A DNA stretch of 64,000 bases from a virus. The stretch is from the IMG/VR virus record IMGVR_UViG_3300047325_000170, positions 32,001 through 96,000 of that record; one strand, 5' to 3'. Below, one piece after another: positions 27,506 through 37,343 of the stretch. A model generated the notes under the pieces. That model did not search any database. It saw only the letters and a program-made list of their open reading frames with translations, and had not been told where the DNA came from. Position 1 is the first letter of the stretch, and every line of letters starts with the position of its first letter. The translations under genes were made by a program, and so were the position numbers.

Positions 27506-27982
27506 TTAGAGCTGAATGCTCTCCGCGACGGGTTGGAAAGCGGAGTAGGCATAGAACTCTTGCATCACGACTTGGACAGCACCGGCCGGCATGTTCTGCA
27601 ACACGGTGCGGTCCGAGCAATCCGGGAAGAGACAGATCTTCGTGAAGAGGGTATCTTCGCGTTGATCGGGATCTTCGATAGCGGAAATAAGCTTCTGAAC
27701 GGCCTTCCACTCAAGGCGCGTCATCGTGCGATAGACACATCCACTGCCATCGGCGAAGAGCACGCAGAGCACCTTGCTGTGAGGATACTTAAGCTTGATT
27801 TCCTCGACCTGAGAGCGCGTGGGGCCGCCTTCATAGAGAGGCTCATCCTGACCGAGCGTCTCAAGGACGCTGGCGGTCTTCGGTGGCTCTTCGGCAACGA
27901 CGGGGGCAACGACGGGGAATTCTTCAGCGAAGGGAATTGCATCGAGGGCAGCTTGCTGTTCGGCGGTTAACTCTTCAGACAA
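27506..27982 (-). CDS. Tail assembly chaperone-like protein 1
   Basis: Acidic 158 aa right after the tube genes. CVYRTMTRLEW...CLFP...PAGAV. Confidence 0.65.
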   Translation of the reverse strand: MSEELTAEQQAALDAIPFAEEFPVVAPVVAEEPPKTASVLETLGQDEPLYEGGPTRSQVEEIKLKYPHSKVLCVLFADGSGCVYRTMTRLEWKAVQKLISAIEDPDQREDTLFTKICLFPDCSDRTVLQNMPAGAVQVVMQEFYAYSAFQPVAESIQL

Positions 27983-28012
27983 AACACATCAAACCCTTGG
28001 GAGATCGTGCAC

Positions 28013-28714
28013 TTACAAGCTTACGATAGAGCGATTGGGCGCATTGATATCAGTAGCGATGAACTGGAACATCTCTTGGATGTTTTCACCAGAGAGGTCG
28101 ATGCGTTGGCCGACCGACATCAGGCTGACTCCCTCAATCGTACGGACGCGTCCGCTATTACGAGCAGTGATGTCAATACTGTCGATATCTCCGTAGACGA
28201 GCAAGATCTGAAAGTTCGTATTAGTGAAGTAAGGAACACGCGAGAGATCGGTTTGCCCTTGGTTGATGATCGTCTCGAGATTGCCCCAGTTGATGTTCTT
28301 TTGATTCTGGATCCACTGTTGATAGCCGGTCGGGTCCGTCTGGGGGTCCGGCATCGCCGTTGGGGCATAGGGATTCGGTTGAAGGGTCTGCGAGGCGAGC
28401 GGCGCCGCTTCTTGGTCATTGATGCTATTGACCAACTCATGGAGGTAATCGCCCGGCCGCAGGTTGATACAGAAAGACCCCTGGACGATACGCGTCCCTG
28501 GGATAATCCTATTAGCAGTATAGGATGCGTAGGAATAGATTGGGTATTGGTTTTCGGTCAACGCGCATTGAAACTCACAGATTTCGTCGATGTAATTGCC
28601 AGCCAAGAAGAGCGAGACGTCAACCCCGGAGAAGTATTCAACAGGATAGACTTCGTTGTAGGCCGGTGTGTAGGGGTTGACCTGCGCCCCGCGGTAGGGA
28701 GTGATGAAGGACAT
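28013..28714 (-). CDS. Tail tube paralogue 3 (tube initiator-like)
   Basis: YFSGVDV...PIYSY...GTRIVQGSF, homologous to the 29466 ORF. Confidence 0.7.
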   Translation of the reverse strand: MSFITPYRGAQVNPYTPAYNEVYPVEYFSGVDVSLFLAGNYIDEICEFQCALTENQYPIYSYASYTANRIIPGTRIVQGSFCINLRPGDYLHELVNSINDQEAAPLASQTLQPNPYAPTAMPDPQTDPTGYQQWIQNQKNINWGNLETIINQGQTDLSRVPYFTNTNFQILLVYGDIDSIDITARNSGRVRTIEGVSLMSVGQRIDLSGENIQEMFQFIATDINAPNRSIVSL

Positions 28715-29364
28715 TAGGCGATGACGGCCCCGGAACTAACCACCGTCGGATAGGCTGGTTGGAGGGGAACGTAGTCGAGAGCGATGTAGGACATCTGCTC
28801 CTCAAGGATCAGGTCATCGATACCGGCAGTTATGCCATTCGTGACAATCTCAACGCCGATGATCTTCGCGAGCGATGACTGCCCATACTCATTGACCATG
28901 GTGATTGTGATATCGAAAGGGGGAACTTCGTCCGCCTGCATGCGGGCAATGACTGCGGGAAGGTTTCCCGTTGCCGTCGAGTAGTTCGTATTGACCTGTT
29001 GGTAGTAGCTCGAAACCGCGTTCTCGACGGCGTAGAGGCTCTCTCGGTCAAACATCGTAAAGATCAGAGATCCCGCAATGGTCCGGCAGCCACGGGTGAA
29101 GCCTCGGGGGTTGATGGACTTTAAGGCGCGGACCGGCACCTTGTCACGGTGGGTCGAAATCGAGACCGTCTGGAGGGTCGCAATCGTGATCGGAGCGGTG
29201 ATCAGGGGCGAGGGGTTAAAACCCACCCCCGGCTGATACTGGTCATTGGTCAGCATCGGGACCGTAATCGAACAGACGATGTCGCAGCCGGCGTAGCTCG
29301 AGAAGAGCGACGTCATGTAGGCGTTGGGGCCAGTCGGGAGCATGGCGGGCAGGTAGCTAGACAA
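28714..29364 (-). CDS. Tail tube paralogue 2
   Basis: SYAGCDI...RGFTRGCRTIAGSLIFTMFDR...DEVPPFDITIT..NEYG. Confidence 0.75.
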   Translation of the reverse strand: MSSYLPAMLPTGPNAYMTSLFSSYAGCDIVCSITVPMLTNDQYQPGVGFNPSPLITAPITIATLQTVSISTHRDKVPVRALKSINPRGFTRGCRTIAGSLIFTMFDRESLYAVENAVSSYYQQVNTNYSTATGNLPAVIARMQADEVPPFDITITMVNEYGQSSLAKIIGVEIVTNGITAGIDDLILEEQMSYIALDYVPLQPAYPTVVSSGAVIA

Positions 29365-29400
29365 GGCTCATCCTAGAGGTGGAGCTAAACTACGCTAGCC

Positions 29401-29434
29401 AAAACAAAGAAGGGAGAGCCGAAGCTCTCCCTTC
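29401..29434 (-). terminator. Intrinsic terminator after the major tube gene
   Basis: GAAGGGAGAGC-TTCG-GCTCTCCCTTC followed by TTTGTTTT on the minus strand. Confidence 0.9.
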
Positions 29435-29465
29435 CAGAGTATCACAAAAGCGGGGTCTTTGCCAG

Positions 29466-30236
29466 TTAGGACGTTTTGCCGGTCTGGCCGTTCGGGGTAA
29501 CCGAGGACTGGCTGATGGGCGAGCTGGTGTTGGCGATACCGCTCGTGTAGAAGCCAGGGCGCAGACGCTGTGCCTTACGGGCGATGAAGGTGCAGGCACG
29601 CTCGAGGTTGATGTCGTCGATGGAGACGCCGGTTCCCTCGTTGAGGATTTCGACGTCTTGGATGATCATGTTCGCGGCGTTGCCATATTCGTTCGCGAAG
29701 GTGATCGTGATGTCGAAGGGTGGGACCTGATCTTCGTAGGTCCAGAACTCACCAGGCTGGTCGCCGTGGAGTTGGACGAAGGGCGTGCTGTTCGCGGCAA
29801 CCTGGGCGGCGTTGGCAGCATTGAACTGCACGACCGTCGAGAGGTTGTTGAGTGTCGAGTTAAGCGGGAGACCGTTGTAGACACCGGCTTGGTTGACCAG
29901 GTTCGTTGGCTGGGCGTTGACCTGGATCACACCCTGATTGCCGGCTGCCGTGTACTGTGGGATCGTGCCGAATTGAGCAGCTGCCTGCTCCATTTCGACG
30001 AGAAGCGCGTCGCGGTCAAACATGACGAAGACGAGATTCCCGGCGATGCCACGCTTACCGCGGCTGAAGGAGAGCGGGTCGGGGTCCCCGAGGACATAGA
30101 TGGGACCCTTCTCACGCTGAATGTTAATCGTGATCGCCTGGAGCTCTCCGATGACCTGCCCGTTGAAGGTGGCAATGGCGTCCGCACCCGAAAAGCTGGT
30201 GTAGGTGCCGTCAGTGCCCAGATTGAAATTTGCCAA
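29466..30236 (-). CDS. Major tail tube protein
   Basis: Directly after the sheath and before a terminator. SFSGAD...SFSRGKRGIAG...PPFDITITFANEYG. TTG start 7 nt after GAGGT. Confidence 0.82.
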   Translation of the reverse strand: MANFNLGTDGTYTSFSGADAIATFNGQVIGELQAITINIQREKGPIYVLGDPDPLSFSRGKRGIAGNLVFVMFDRDALLVEMEQAAAQFGTIPQYTAAGNQGVIQVNAQPTNLVNQAGVYNGLPLNSTLNNLSTVVQFNAANAAQVAANSTPFVQLHGDQPGEFWTYEDQVPPFDITITFANEYGNAANMIIQDVEILNEGTGVSIDDINLERACTFIARKAQRLRPGFYTSGIANTSSPISQSSVTPNGQTGKTS

Positions 30237-30289
30237 GAGTCATACCTCTAGATAGAGCTACCTGAGCTCCAGGTTCTAGCACTAACCTA

Positions 30290-31969
30290 TTAGGTTACTC
30301 CACCTTGTTGGCTGCTGCTGCCGGACTGGGTGATCGCTCCCGGTGCAGTGAGCGAGATCGTGACGTAGATCTTCCGGATCTGCAGAGCGGGAACGAGCTG
30401 CAGGTTGATCTGGAAGGTACCGGCGATCTGGTTCGCTGCCGTAGCGTTGATGTTCCAGGTGTAGTCAAGCAGGGCACCTGAGCTCTTGAGAGCCGCGAGT
30501 GCGGAGTTGACGGCGGTACCCATGGCGTTAATCGTAGCGGGGTTGGCTGCTCCGCCGATGAAGCCGGCGCAAGCCTGACGGACCGCTTCCATCGAGGCGT
30601 AGGTGATACGCAGCGTGGAGAGCTTGGCGAAGTCTCCACCAGAGACTTCGTAGGTCTGGTCAGCAACCGTGCGGACCGATCCCTGCTGGGTGTTGAAGAC
30701 CACGAAGCCCGGACCGGAACCGACGAGGGTGTTGATGACCGAGGCTCCGTAGTTGTAGGAGAGGCCGACAACCGAAGAGAGGGTCTTGTTCGTCATACCG
30801 ATTTGCGGCTGGATGGTCGTCGACTTTCCAGCGTAGGTTGCGGCGCCGTCCATGACGTAGTTGCCAAGGCGCTGGTTGTTGAGGATCGGGTCGGGACCGA
30901 CGCAGATGTTGAGCAAGTACCCGATGTTCAGAGCCGCACCCGCCGTGGTCAAGACCTCAGCGTTTGAGACCGCCGGGCTGTTCGTGTTGTAGCCCGAGAG
31001 GTAGTTGAAGTTGTACTTTGTTAACGCCAACTGATTGCCGCGACGAACCGCGTTCGTGAAGGTCGGCACCGAGAGGGGAGCAACTGAGATCACACCGTAG
31101 CAGGACTGGGTATCGACCGAGACGCGCGCACAGAACTGCGCGAGATTCTGACCGAACCAGACCGTATCGCCGCTGTTTGCATTGGCGATGGTTGGGTTGC
31201 CGGAGGCATCGAGCGCGTAGGTGGGCTGCAGGTAAGCACCCAGGGGGCAGACGACGTCCACGCCGTAGGTCTCGAGCTGCATGTAGGCCGCAACGAGCGC
31301 GTCATTGTACTGCGCATCGGTGAGGTTGGTGCCGTCGTTACCACCGCTGAAGTTGGTCGGGCCAGAGTTCACAACGTTGATCGTGGCGAGGGGGTTCCCT
31401 GACGTGCTCGCCTGCGTTGCGACAACGTTGATCGTCGAGAAGTTAACCGCGTTCATCAGGTCGCCCCAGATGCCGCCCACCGGGATCGGGAAGGCGTGCG
31501 CGACGCCATCGAGGGTCGTGATGGTCAGAGATCCAGCGCCTGTGCCGGGAGCAACAACCGTTGCCGTCAGGCCATTGTACTTCACGCCGGGGTAGTTCGC
31601 GGTGAGGGTCACGCTATTCGCGGGGGTGACCGTGTCGGTGATAACAACTGAAGAACCCGTGCCCGAAACGCGCACGAGGTTGATGTTGGTGCAGCCAGCT
31701 TGGAAGGCTTCGTAGACGCCGCGAGTGAGCGACTTCGCCAGAATCGGCGCAGCCGTAATCGACGGCGCTGCCGTGGTGATCCCGAAGATCTGCTCGGCTT
31801 GAGCAATCGAGGTGATCTGGATCGGCGTGTAAAGGGGGCCGTCCGTCGCCACACCAAGCAGCAAGACTGCGTCGGTGAGATTCTGCGGCGGTTGTGCAAC
31901 CTTGAGGCCGAAGTCCTGAATCTGGGCTACAAAGCCTGGAGTATTCGGGTAGATGTCGGAGATTGGCAA
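30290..31969 (-). CDS. Tail sheath protein
   Basis: YPNTPG, LLGVATDGP..TP, A.YPG.KYN, FSGGNDG, LSTLRI motifs. Start reassigned to TTG at 31969 behind AAGGAG. Confidence 0.9.
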   Translation of the reverse strand: MPISDIYPNTPGFVAQIQDFGLKVAQPPQNLTDAVLLLGVATDGPLYTPIQITSIAQAEQIFGITTAAPSITAAPILAKSLTRGVYEAFQAGCTNINLVRVSGTGSSVVITDTVTPANSVTLTANYPGVKYNGLTATVVAPGTGAGSLTITTLDGVAHAFPIPVGGIWGDLMNAVNFSTINVVATQASTSGNPLATINVVNSGPTNFSGGNDGTNLTDAQYNDALVAAYMQLETYGVDVVCPLGAYLQPTYALDASGNPTIANANSGDTVWFGQNLAQFCARVSVDTQSCYGVISVAPLSVPTFTNAVRRGNQLALTKYNFNYLSGYNTNSPAVSNAEVLTTAGAALNIGYLLNICVGPDPILNNQRLGNYVMDGAATYAGKSTTIQPQIGMTNKTLSSVVGLSYNYGASVINTLVGSGPGFVVFNTQQGSVRTVADQTYEVSGGDFAKLSTLRITYASMEAVRQACAGFIGGAANPATINAMGTAVNSALAALKSSGALLDYTWNINATAANQIAGTFQINLQLVPALQIRKIYVTISLTAPGAITQSGSSSQQGGVT

Positions 31970-32081
31970 GTCACTCTCTCCTTGAGAGGAGATCAACAAA
32001 CTCTAACTTACCCTGCATCTAGCGAACAGGCTCTTCAGCCCTAGCGCTCAGGTAATCTTGCGTGTACCTCTGGAGAGAGGC

Positions 32082-33008
32082 CTAGCCCGGGGTAAGGTCG
32101 GGGGCGTCACCATTACCACTTGGCACAATCGGAGAGTCGGGAACTCCCGTAATCGTTGTGACCAGTTGCTCGGTGCCGCTGACGTCACTTGTCGGGTCAA
32201 CGATGCCGGCTTGGATGAGGATCTGCTCGATCTCAGCGAAGTTAGCAACCGTTTGACGCTCGATGCGTGCGTTGTAGTAGAAGGCTTTATTTGGGAACTC
32301 TTGGGCTCGCGGTGGATCGAAGAGTGCGTCGCGGCCCTGCATCCGGAAGGTCAGTTGCTGCAATCCGGTCTGAATAAAGATCCCTGAGTAGGTGAGCATG
32401 AGATCTTCAAAGCGTTCAGCGTAGTCGTACATCGTTTGCCAGGTTGAGCCGTAGACCGTGAACATCTGAACGACATCGAAGCTCTGGCCCCAGATCCACT
32501 GTCCGCCCTGCGGTGCCGGTGAAGCGACGGTGATCAGCCCCGTATCGGTCTGGACCTGCGTCGTTACTTGATTCGTGCGATCTTCCCGGATCCGTGGCTT
32601 GATCTCTTTACGTCCGTTGAAGTCAGCGGGAGTCTTCGAGATCGTCTCGTGGGTGATGATGACACCCTTTAAGCTCTTGGGATTCTCAGGAAGGAGCGCA
32701 TAGTCTTGGGTGAAGAGGAACTCTGGGTCAGTACCGCTGGCGTTTCCCCAGGCCGCATTCATGATGCGGTGCATGACCTTCATCCAGCCTTGGATCGTGC
32801 GGCAGTCATCGTAGGTCTGCTCGCTTGCATCCGGGGCGAGGCGCGCATCGAGGGGCTTGGGATAGTTCTTGAGCCGCGCCTTGACGACCGCTGCCTTACC
32901 GTTATTGGCGATGAAGATTGAACTGCCCTGAGGGGCATTGTAGGCAAGCGATGGGATCTGCTGCTGATCGAAGGGAAGCTCGGAGGGATTCGGTGGGATG
33001 AAGCTCAT
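32082..33008 (-). CDS. Tail completion/terminator-like neck protein
   Basis: Position immediately upstream of the sheath, 308 aa. Family not recognised by motif. Confidence 0.5.
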   Translation of the reverse strand: MSFIPPNPSELPFDQQQIPSLAYNAPQGSSIFIANNGKAAVVKARLKNYPKPLDARLAPDASEQTYDDCRTIQGWMKVMHRIMNAAWGNASGTDPEFLFTQDYALLPENPKSLKGVIITHETISKTPADFNGRKEIKPRIREDRTNQVTTQVQTDTGLITVASPAPQGGQWIWGQSFDVVQMFTVYGSTWQTMYDYAERFEDLMLTYSGIFIQTGLQQLTFRMQGRDALFDPPRAQEFPNKAFYYNARIERQTVANFAEIEQILIQAGIVDPTSDVSGTEQLVTTITGVPDSPIVPSGNGDAPDLTPG

Positions 33009-34085
33009 TTAGAGCACCAAGTTGATCTGCGCAGAGACCTGAATGAAGTCGGTTTCGAAGGGCGGCAAGACCGAGACCGTGATGTAGACCGCGCTCTGGA
33101 CCGCTTGGACGGTGATGTCATAGGTGTAGGCGAGGATCGTTCCTGCGCTCTTGAGCGTATCGAGAACCCCGACGACGAGCGGCGTAAGATTCGATGGCGC
33201 GGGATCTCCGATGAAGCTGACCGTAAGATCTCGTAAGGCACGAGAGACGGCATTGGCAATCCGCATCGTCGAGAGAGTGTGGAAATCTGAAGAGTAGATC
33301 GGCGAGCTTGGATTGTTGCTTGTCGCCGTCACACCGTAGAAGGGCGAGACCCCATTGCGGATATGGTACTTGAGTACCGTATAGCCCGCGTTCGAGAGTG
33401 CTTGGGCATCGCTTGTATCGTAGGGGTTGAGCAGATTGAGCCCCGCCAGGGTTTCGTTCGTGATGCTAACTGCAGGGGTGAGCTTGGCCATCAAGCCTGC
33501 CACTGAGGGTGCCGCATCGGCCTGGTATTGCGAGGGGATGTTCGGATTGATCAGCACCTGATCGAGGGTGAGCACGAAGTTCCGACCAAGAACATCGAGC
33601 GCATTTTCAAGGGTGTTGAAGCCTGCGTTGTACCCATCTGGTGAAGCGGTGAGAGCTGCGACACCAGGACTCGGATCGGCTGGCATGACGGTAATCGTCG
33701 GGAAGCCGATCTGACTGCGCAGGTACGAGAACTGTCCGAAGAGGGCAAGGTTAGAAGGTGTTGCGATCATGCCGGCCGGGACCAGGATGTCATACGGGAT
33801 GTCTTTGAGGTAATCAAAGACAGCCGAGAGATCGCTTTCCTGGTAGATGGCAACGGCGATGATACAAGGGGCGCTTTGCCGGAAGAGTTCGCCAATCGCG
33901 CGGGTAAAGCGTCCGTAGCCGTAAAGGTTCGCCGCTGAAACCAGGTCCGTAATAATGTAGGGCGTGTTGTAGATCGAGAGATCAAGACCAGGAACGACGC
34001 CAAGCACGAGGACCGTTTGGTTGACGGGGAGGTTCGGTGTTGCGGGAGCAAGCGGTGCGAACGAGGTAGGGGAGAGATAACTCAC
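33009..34085 (-). CDS. Second, shortened tail sheath paralogue
   Basis: Shares LVLG..TP, SITN.TL, DF..LST.RI..FIG with the 30290 sheath but lacks its middle domains. Confidence 0.75.
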   Translation of the reverse strand: MSYLSPTSFAPLAPATPNLPVNQTVLVLGVVPGLDLSIYNTPYIITDLVSAANLYGYGRFTRAIGELFRQSAPCIIAVAIYQESDLSAVFDYLKDIPYDILVPAGMIATPSNLALFGQFSYLRSQIGFPTITVMPADPSPGVAALTASPDGYNAGFNTLENALDVLGRNFVLTLDQVLINPNIPSQYQADAAPSVAGLMAKLTPAVSITNETLAGLNLLNPYDTSDAQALSNAGYTVLKYHIRNGVSPFYGVTATSNNPSSPIYSSDFHTLSTMRIANAVSRALRDLTVSFIGDPAPSNLTPLVVGVLDTLKSAGTILAYTYDITVQAVQSAVYITVSVLPPFETDFIQVSAQINLVL

Positions 34086-34088
34086 AGC

Positions 34089-34772
34089 TTAGCTCCTATA
34101 ACTTGCCGCGTAGCGGATCACTCCGTCGGACGTAGCGGTGTCGATGTGGGAGACGAGGCGCCGTAATTCGTCACCGAACTGGTCTCGCAGGATGGGCCGC
34201 GCTTCACACGCACAGCGCCAGTATTCGATCCGACCACCAGAAGCACGGAAGGGGTCGGCATAATTGACACGGTAGGCGGTCAGGACTCGTTGCGGAAGGG
34301 TCATCGCCGCATCGGCCCAGGTCACTTCGTAGACGATGTCTTCAGCTTCGGGGTTAACTTGGTACTCGAAGTACCAGAAGACCATGTCTTGAAGTTCTGC
34401 GCCCACGGTGGACTGCATGAGGACCTGCTGCTTGTGTTCGTTATCGGAGCTCATGCGGCGGGAACGATGGCGTTCGTAAACCGCAAGGTAGCCACGGCCG
34501 AGGCAGAGGGGGCAATCTGTTTCGCCCTCGCCTTCGACTTCGTTCCAGCACTGGCAGTGGATCTGCAAGTTGAGGCGCTGGACGAGGACCATCTGGCTGA
34601 AGGGCTCGAGGAAGTTGTTAAAGACCGAGCGGATGTTGAGGCCCGTCTCGATCTCCCCCGCCTCCGGGGGCACGAGCTTGACCGGAGTCCGGGTCGGGGT
34701 GAGGATCTGAGGGGGACGGCCGAAGGGAACAACCGCTGGTGGTTTACGAGGGGGCTGGTTCCAGTCGGACAT
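34089..34772 (-). CDS. Head-closure/neck protein with Zn-binding motif
   Basis: CQCW...CPLCLGRGY and GGRIEYW. Lies in the neck region. Confidence 0.6.
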   Translation of the reverse strand: MSDWNQPPRKPPAVVPFGRPPQILTPTRTPVKLVPPEAGEIETGLNIRSVFNNFLEPFSQMVLVQRLNLQIHCQCWNEVEGEGETDCPLCLGRGYLAVYERHRSRRMSSDNEHKQQVLMQSTVGAELQDMVFWYFEYQVNPEAEDIVYEVTWADAAMTLPQRVLTAYRVNYADPFRASGGRIEYWRCACEARPILRDQFGDELRRLVSHIDTATSDGVIRYAASYRS

Positions 34773-34831
34773 GGGGCTCCTCAGAGGTGCATAGTACTGG
34801 CGCTACCCGGTCTTTTCTTGGCCTTCAGGCG

Positions 34832-36547
34832 TTAAAAGCGGCGTCGTGACCGAGGGTCATGGACACGGTAGGGAAAATTCCACGTATCCTCTTGGCCGAA
34901 GCTGCCCGCACCGCGGAGGGAGCTCTGGCCGCGGGCATAGCCCCGGTTGGAGTGCCCACGCAGGGCATCCTCAAAGGGCTGCATCTCGAGCTTGATCTCA
35001 GAGATCGCCTGCGCCAAGTTCTCCTTGAGGGCACTTGATTCTTGATCGTAGCTGAAGTCACCAAGCATAGCCTTGGGCTTGACGAGGAGCGAGTAGTACT
35101 TCATTCGCAGGAAGTCGAGCACGGACTTGAGGCGGACATACTCCCGCACATACCAATTTGGGTTATTGACGTTGAAGCTGATCGGCGGCTGGTAGATCTG
35201 CCACTGGGCGTCGACCTTCGTCGGCCAGTAGACCTGGATCCAGATGGCATGAAGGCTATTGCGCCGGATGGTGAACCAGATATCATCGTCCGTGAGCTCG
35301 GGGATGAAGAAGTCCGTCATCTGGCGGATTGAGCGCACAGAGTTAAAGACCGGCTTCCAAGCCGTCGTGAAGCTCCATTCCTGGGGCGCTTGAAACTCCT
35401 GAAGGTCGAGGGTCAGGGTATAAAAGTTGTTATCCTGCCAGTACGTCTGGGGGACATCCATCGTGATCGTCGTGTAGGCGCCATCAAAGCTCCCCGCCGG
35501 GGCAACCCCGGAGAGCTTGCCGGCCATGAGGATCTGCTGGTAGGAGTCAACCGGTCCGGGAATAGTCACGCCGCCTCCGCCGAACTGCGAGCCGTTCAGG
35601 GAGGGGGTGAAGATTGGCCGGAAGTCACCGGGCGTGAAGGTCCCGTCGACGGGGACTCCAACGACCCGCAGGCTGTGCTCCCCGATCTGAGCAAGGGAGA
35701 TCTCCCCTTGGATCTTGATCTCGATCCGGTTGGGGTAGTCGTCATCGGGGATATTTGAGACCCCCGGCATCGGGCAGGCGGAGACAACCACCGGGGCAAA
35801 GGCCGTCGGGGGGATGACGCCCATTGGAGCATCGTCGGGGGTGACGGTCCCATAGGTCGGGTTGCCATAATAGAAGCTCGAGGCATCTGACCAGCCGCCG
35901 GGAACCGCCGAGCCTGAGTAGACGGTCGTGGCCCGGACGCGCCACCAGTATTCCTGGTTGTAGGCGAAGGGCCGGGCGGGAGTAACCGTCGTGAGGGTCT
36001 GATTGTACGTGTCGGTCGGGAGCGGCCAGTAGATGTTCCCGAAGGTGTTATCAATCGAGACCTGGATGTCGTAGTACGTGGCCCCGGTCACGGCTGAGAA
36101 CGAGAAGGTCGGCTGGGCGGCAACGGCCGTCTGCTCCACGGGATACATGAGCGTGGGCGTGGCCGGCACGCCGATATTCGTCGTGCGGAACTGCCAGCTT
36201 GCGAGGCCGACGAAGCCATTTCCCGTGATGTCCCGGATGCCCGTGATGTTGTTGCTAAAGGCGTCGACCGTCGGGTTCGTGTCCCCAACGAGGGTGACCG
36301 AGTAGGTCGTATTGGGCAGGAGGCCGCCCGTCGGGATGATCTGGAGCTGACGGTTGGCGTAGGTGTAGGTGAAGGGAACAGGTGCGACGGTGCCCACGAC
36401 CTGGAGGGAGATCGTCGCAGGTCCAAGGGTCGTCTGGTCGATGTCCCGCAGGAAACTGACGCCGATGATCTGATTGGTTAAGATCCCCGTCGCATAGCGG
36501 TCAGGCTCGACCCGTGTAATCAGATTCGAGGTGGTAAAGTCAGCCAC
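34832..36547 (-). CDS. Head-tail adaptor-like protein with N-terminal Ig-like and FN3-like domains
   Basis: LLPNTTYSVTL..GIRD..GN..WQF.T (Big_5-like) and YDIQVS..YWWRVRA..WS (FN3-like). Helical C-terminus with LGDFS. Confidence 0.6.
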   Translation of the reverse strand: MADFTTSNLITRVEPDRYATGILTNQIIGVSFLRDIDQTTLGPATISLQVVGTVAPVPFTYTYANRQLQIIPTGGLLPNTTYSVTLVGDTNPTVDAFSNNITGIRDITGNGFVGLASWQFRTTNIGVPATPTLMYPVEQTAVAAQPTFSFSAVTGATYYDIQVSIDNTFGNIYWPLPTDTYNQTLTTVTPARPFAYNQEYWWRVRATTVYSGSAVPGGWSDASSFYYGNPTYGTVTPDDAPMGVIPPTAFAPVVVSACPMPGVSNIPDDDYPNRIEIKIQGEISLAQIGEHSLRVVGVPVDGTFTPGDFRPIFTPSLNGSQFGGGGVTIPGPVDSYQQILMAGKLSGVAPAGSFDGAYTTITMDVPQTYWQDNNFYTLTLDLQEFQAPQEWSFTTAWKPVFNSVRSIRQMTDFFIPELTDDDIWFTIRRNSLHAIWIQVYWPTKVDAQWQIYQPPISFNVNNPNWYVREYVRLKSVLDFLRMKYYSLLVKPKAMLGDFSYDQESSALKENLAQAISEIKLEMQPFEDALRGHSNRGYARGQSSLRGAGSFGQEDTWNFPYRVHDPRSRRRF

Positions 36548-36580
36548 GAGGACCCCCTACACCAAGCTGCGGTACCCTAA

Positions 36581-37249
36581 CTAGACGAGCGTTGCGAAGT
36601 TGACCGAGGCGACATTCGGTACGTGGACTGAGCGGGAGATCGAGGGACCGTGGGGCGCCAGGGGCTGGCCGTAGGGGAAGAAGGGCTGCAGGTTTGCTGT
36701 CGCTGCGTTGATCGGCAAGCTAAAGACGAAGGTGTAGAGGGTGTTCTTGGGCTCCGTGATGAGGTCATTACTGATCAGGGAGAGGTTCCAGTTCCCATTG
36801 GCGTCCGTGGTCGTCGAGACCGAGTTTGCCAGGATCAGGTTCGTCGCGATAACCGGACCTGAGGCGATGAGGTTAGCCGTGACCGTGGCATTGACCTGAG
36901 CGGAGCCATCCTGATTCTGGAGGGTCCCGAAGACCTCACAGAGCGGGGTCTGCTCGTAGGTCGAGACGTAGACCGGTCCGGAGGACGAGGTCAGGCTCGT
37001 TGTCATGTAGCTCGGCATGAGGTTGCCGACCACGAAGAGGCAGAGAGTTGCTTCGGGGAGGGCCAGCTGGGTGTGGCCGTAGATGTCGGTCACCCCAGAG
37101 GCTGCGGCCAGGTTGGTCGTCTGGAACTGGGTGACCTGGGCGGCTGAGAGCCCGAGGGGAGCATTCGTGTAGGCATAGACCGGCAGCGCCGAAGCCACCG
37201 GCGTGAGGGTCGTTAAGAGGAAGGTGACGTCGTACAGGCCTGCGGCCAT
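36581..37249 (-). CDS. Virion protein with beta-sandwich (TTTDANG) domain
   Basis: Strong SD (GAGGAG) and ATG. GTL..DG..ATV.A...TTTDANGNW.L.L motif. Confidence 0.55.
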   Translation of the reverse strand: MAAGLYDVTFLLTTLTPVASALPVYAYTNAPLGLSAAQVTQFQTTNLAAASGVTDIYGHTQLALPEATLCLFVVGNLMPSYMTTSLTSSSGPVYVSTYEQTPLCEVFGTLQNQDGSAQVNATVTANLIASGPVIATNLILANSVSTTTDANGNWNLSLISNDLITEPKNTLYTFVFSLPINAATANLQPFFPYGQPLAPHGPSISRSVHVPNVASVNFATLV

Positions 37250-37343
37250 GGAATTCTCCTCATCCGAGATCTCGTGCCTTTCTCCTTACCGTCTTACATA
37301 GTACGGGTCCGGCGGGGGCGCTACCCTACCGTTCGAACACCGC

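Noticed and set aside
1608-34085. Stand-alone contractile injection system (eCIS/tailocin)
   Set aside because: Terminase, portal, protease and capsid genes are in the same operon, so this is a phage.
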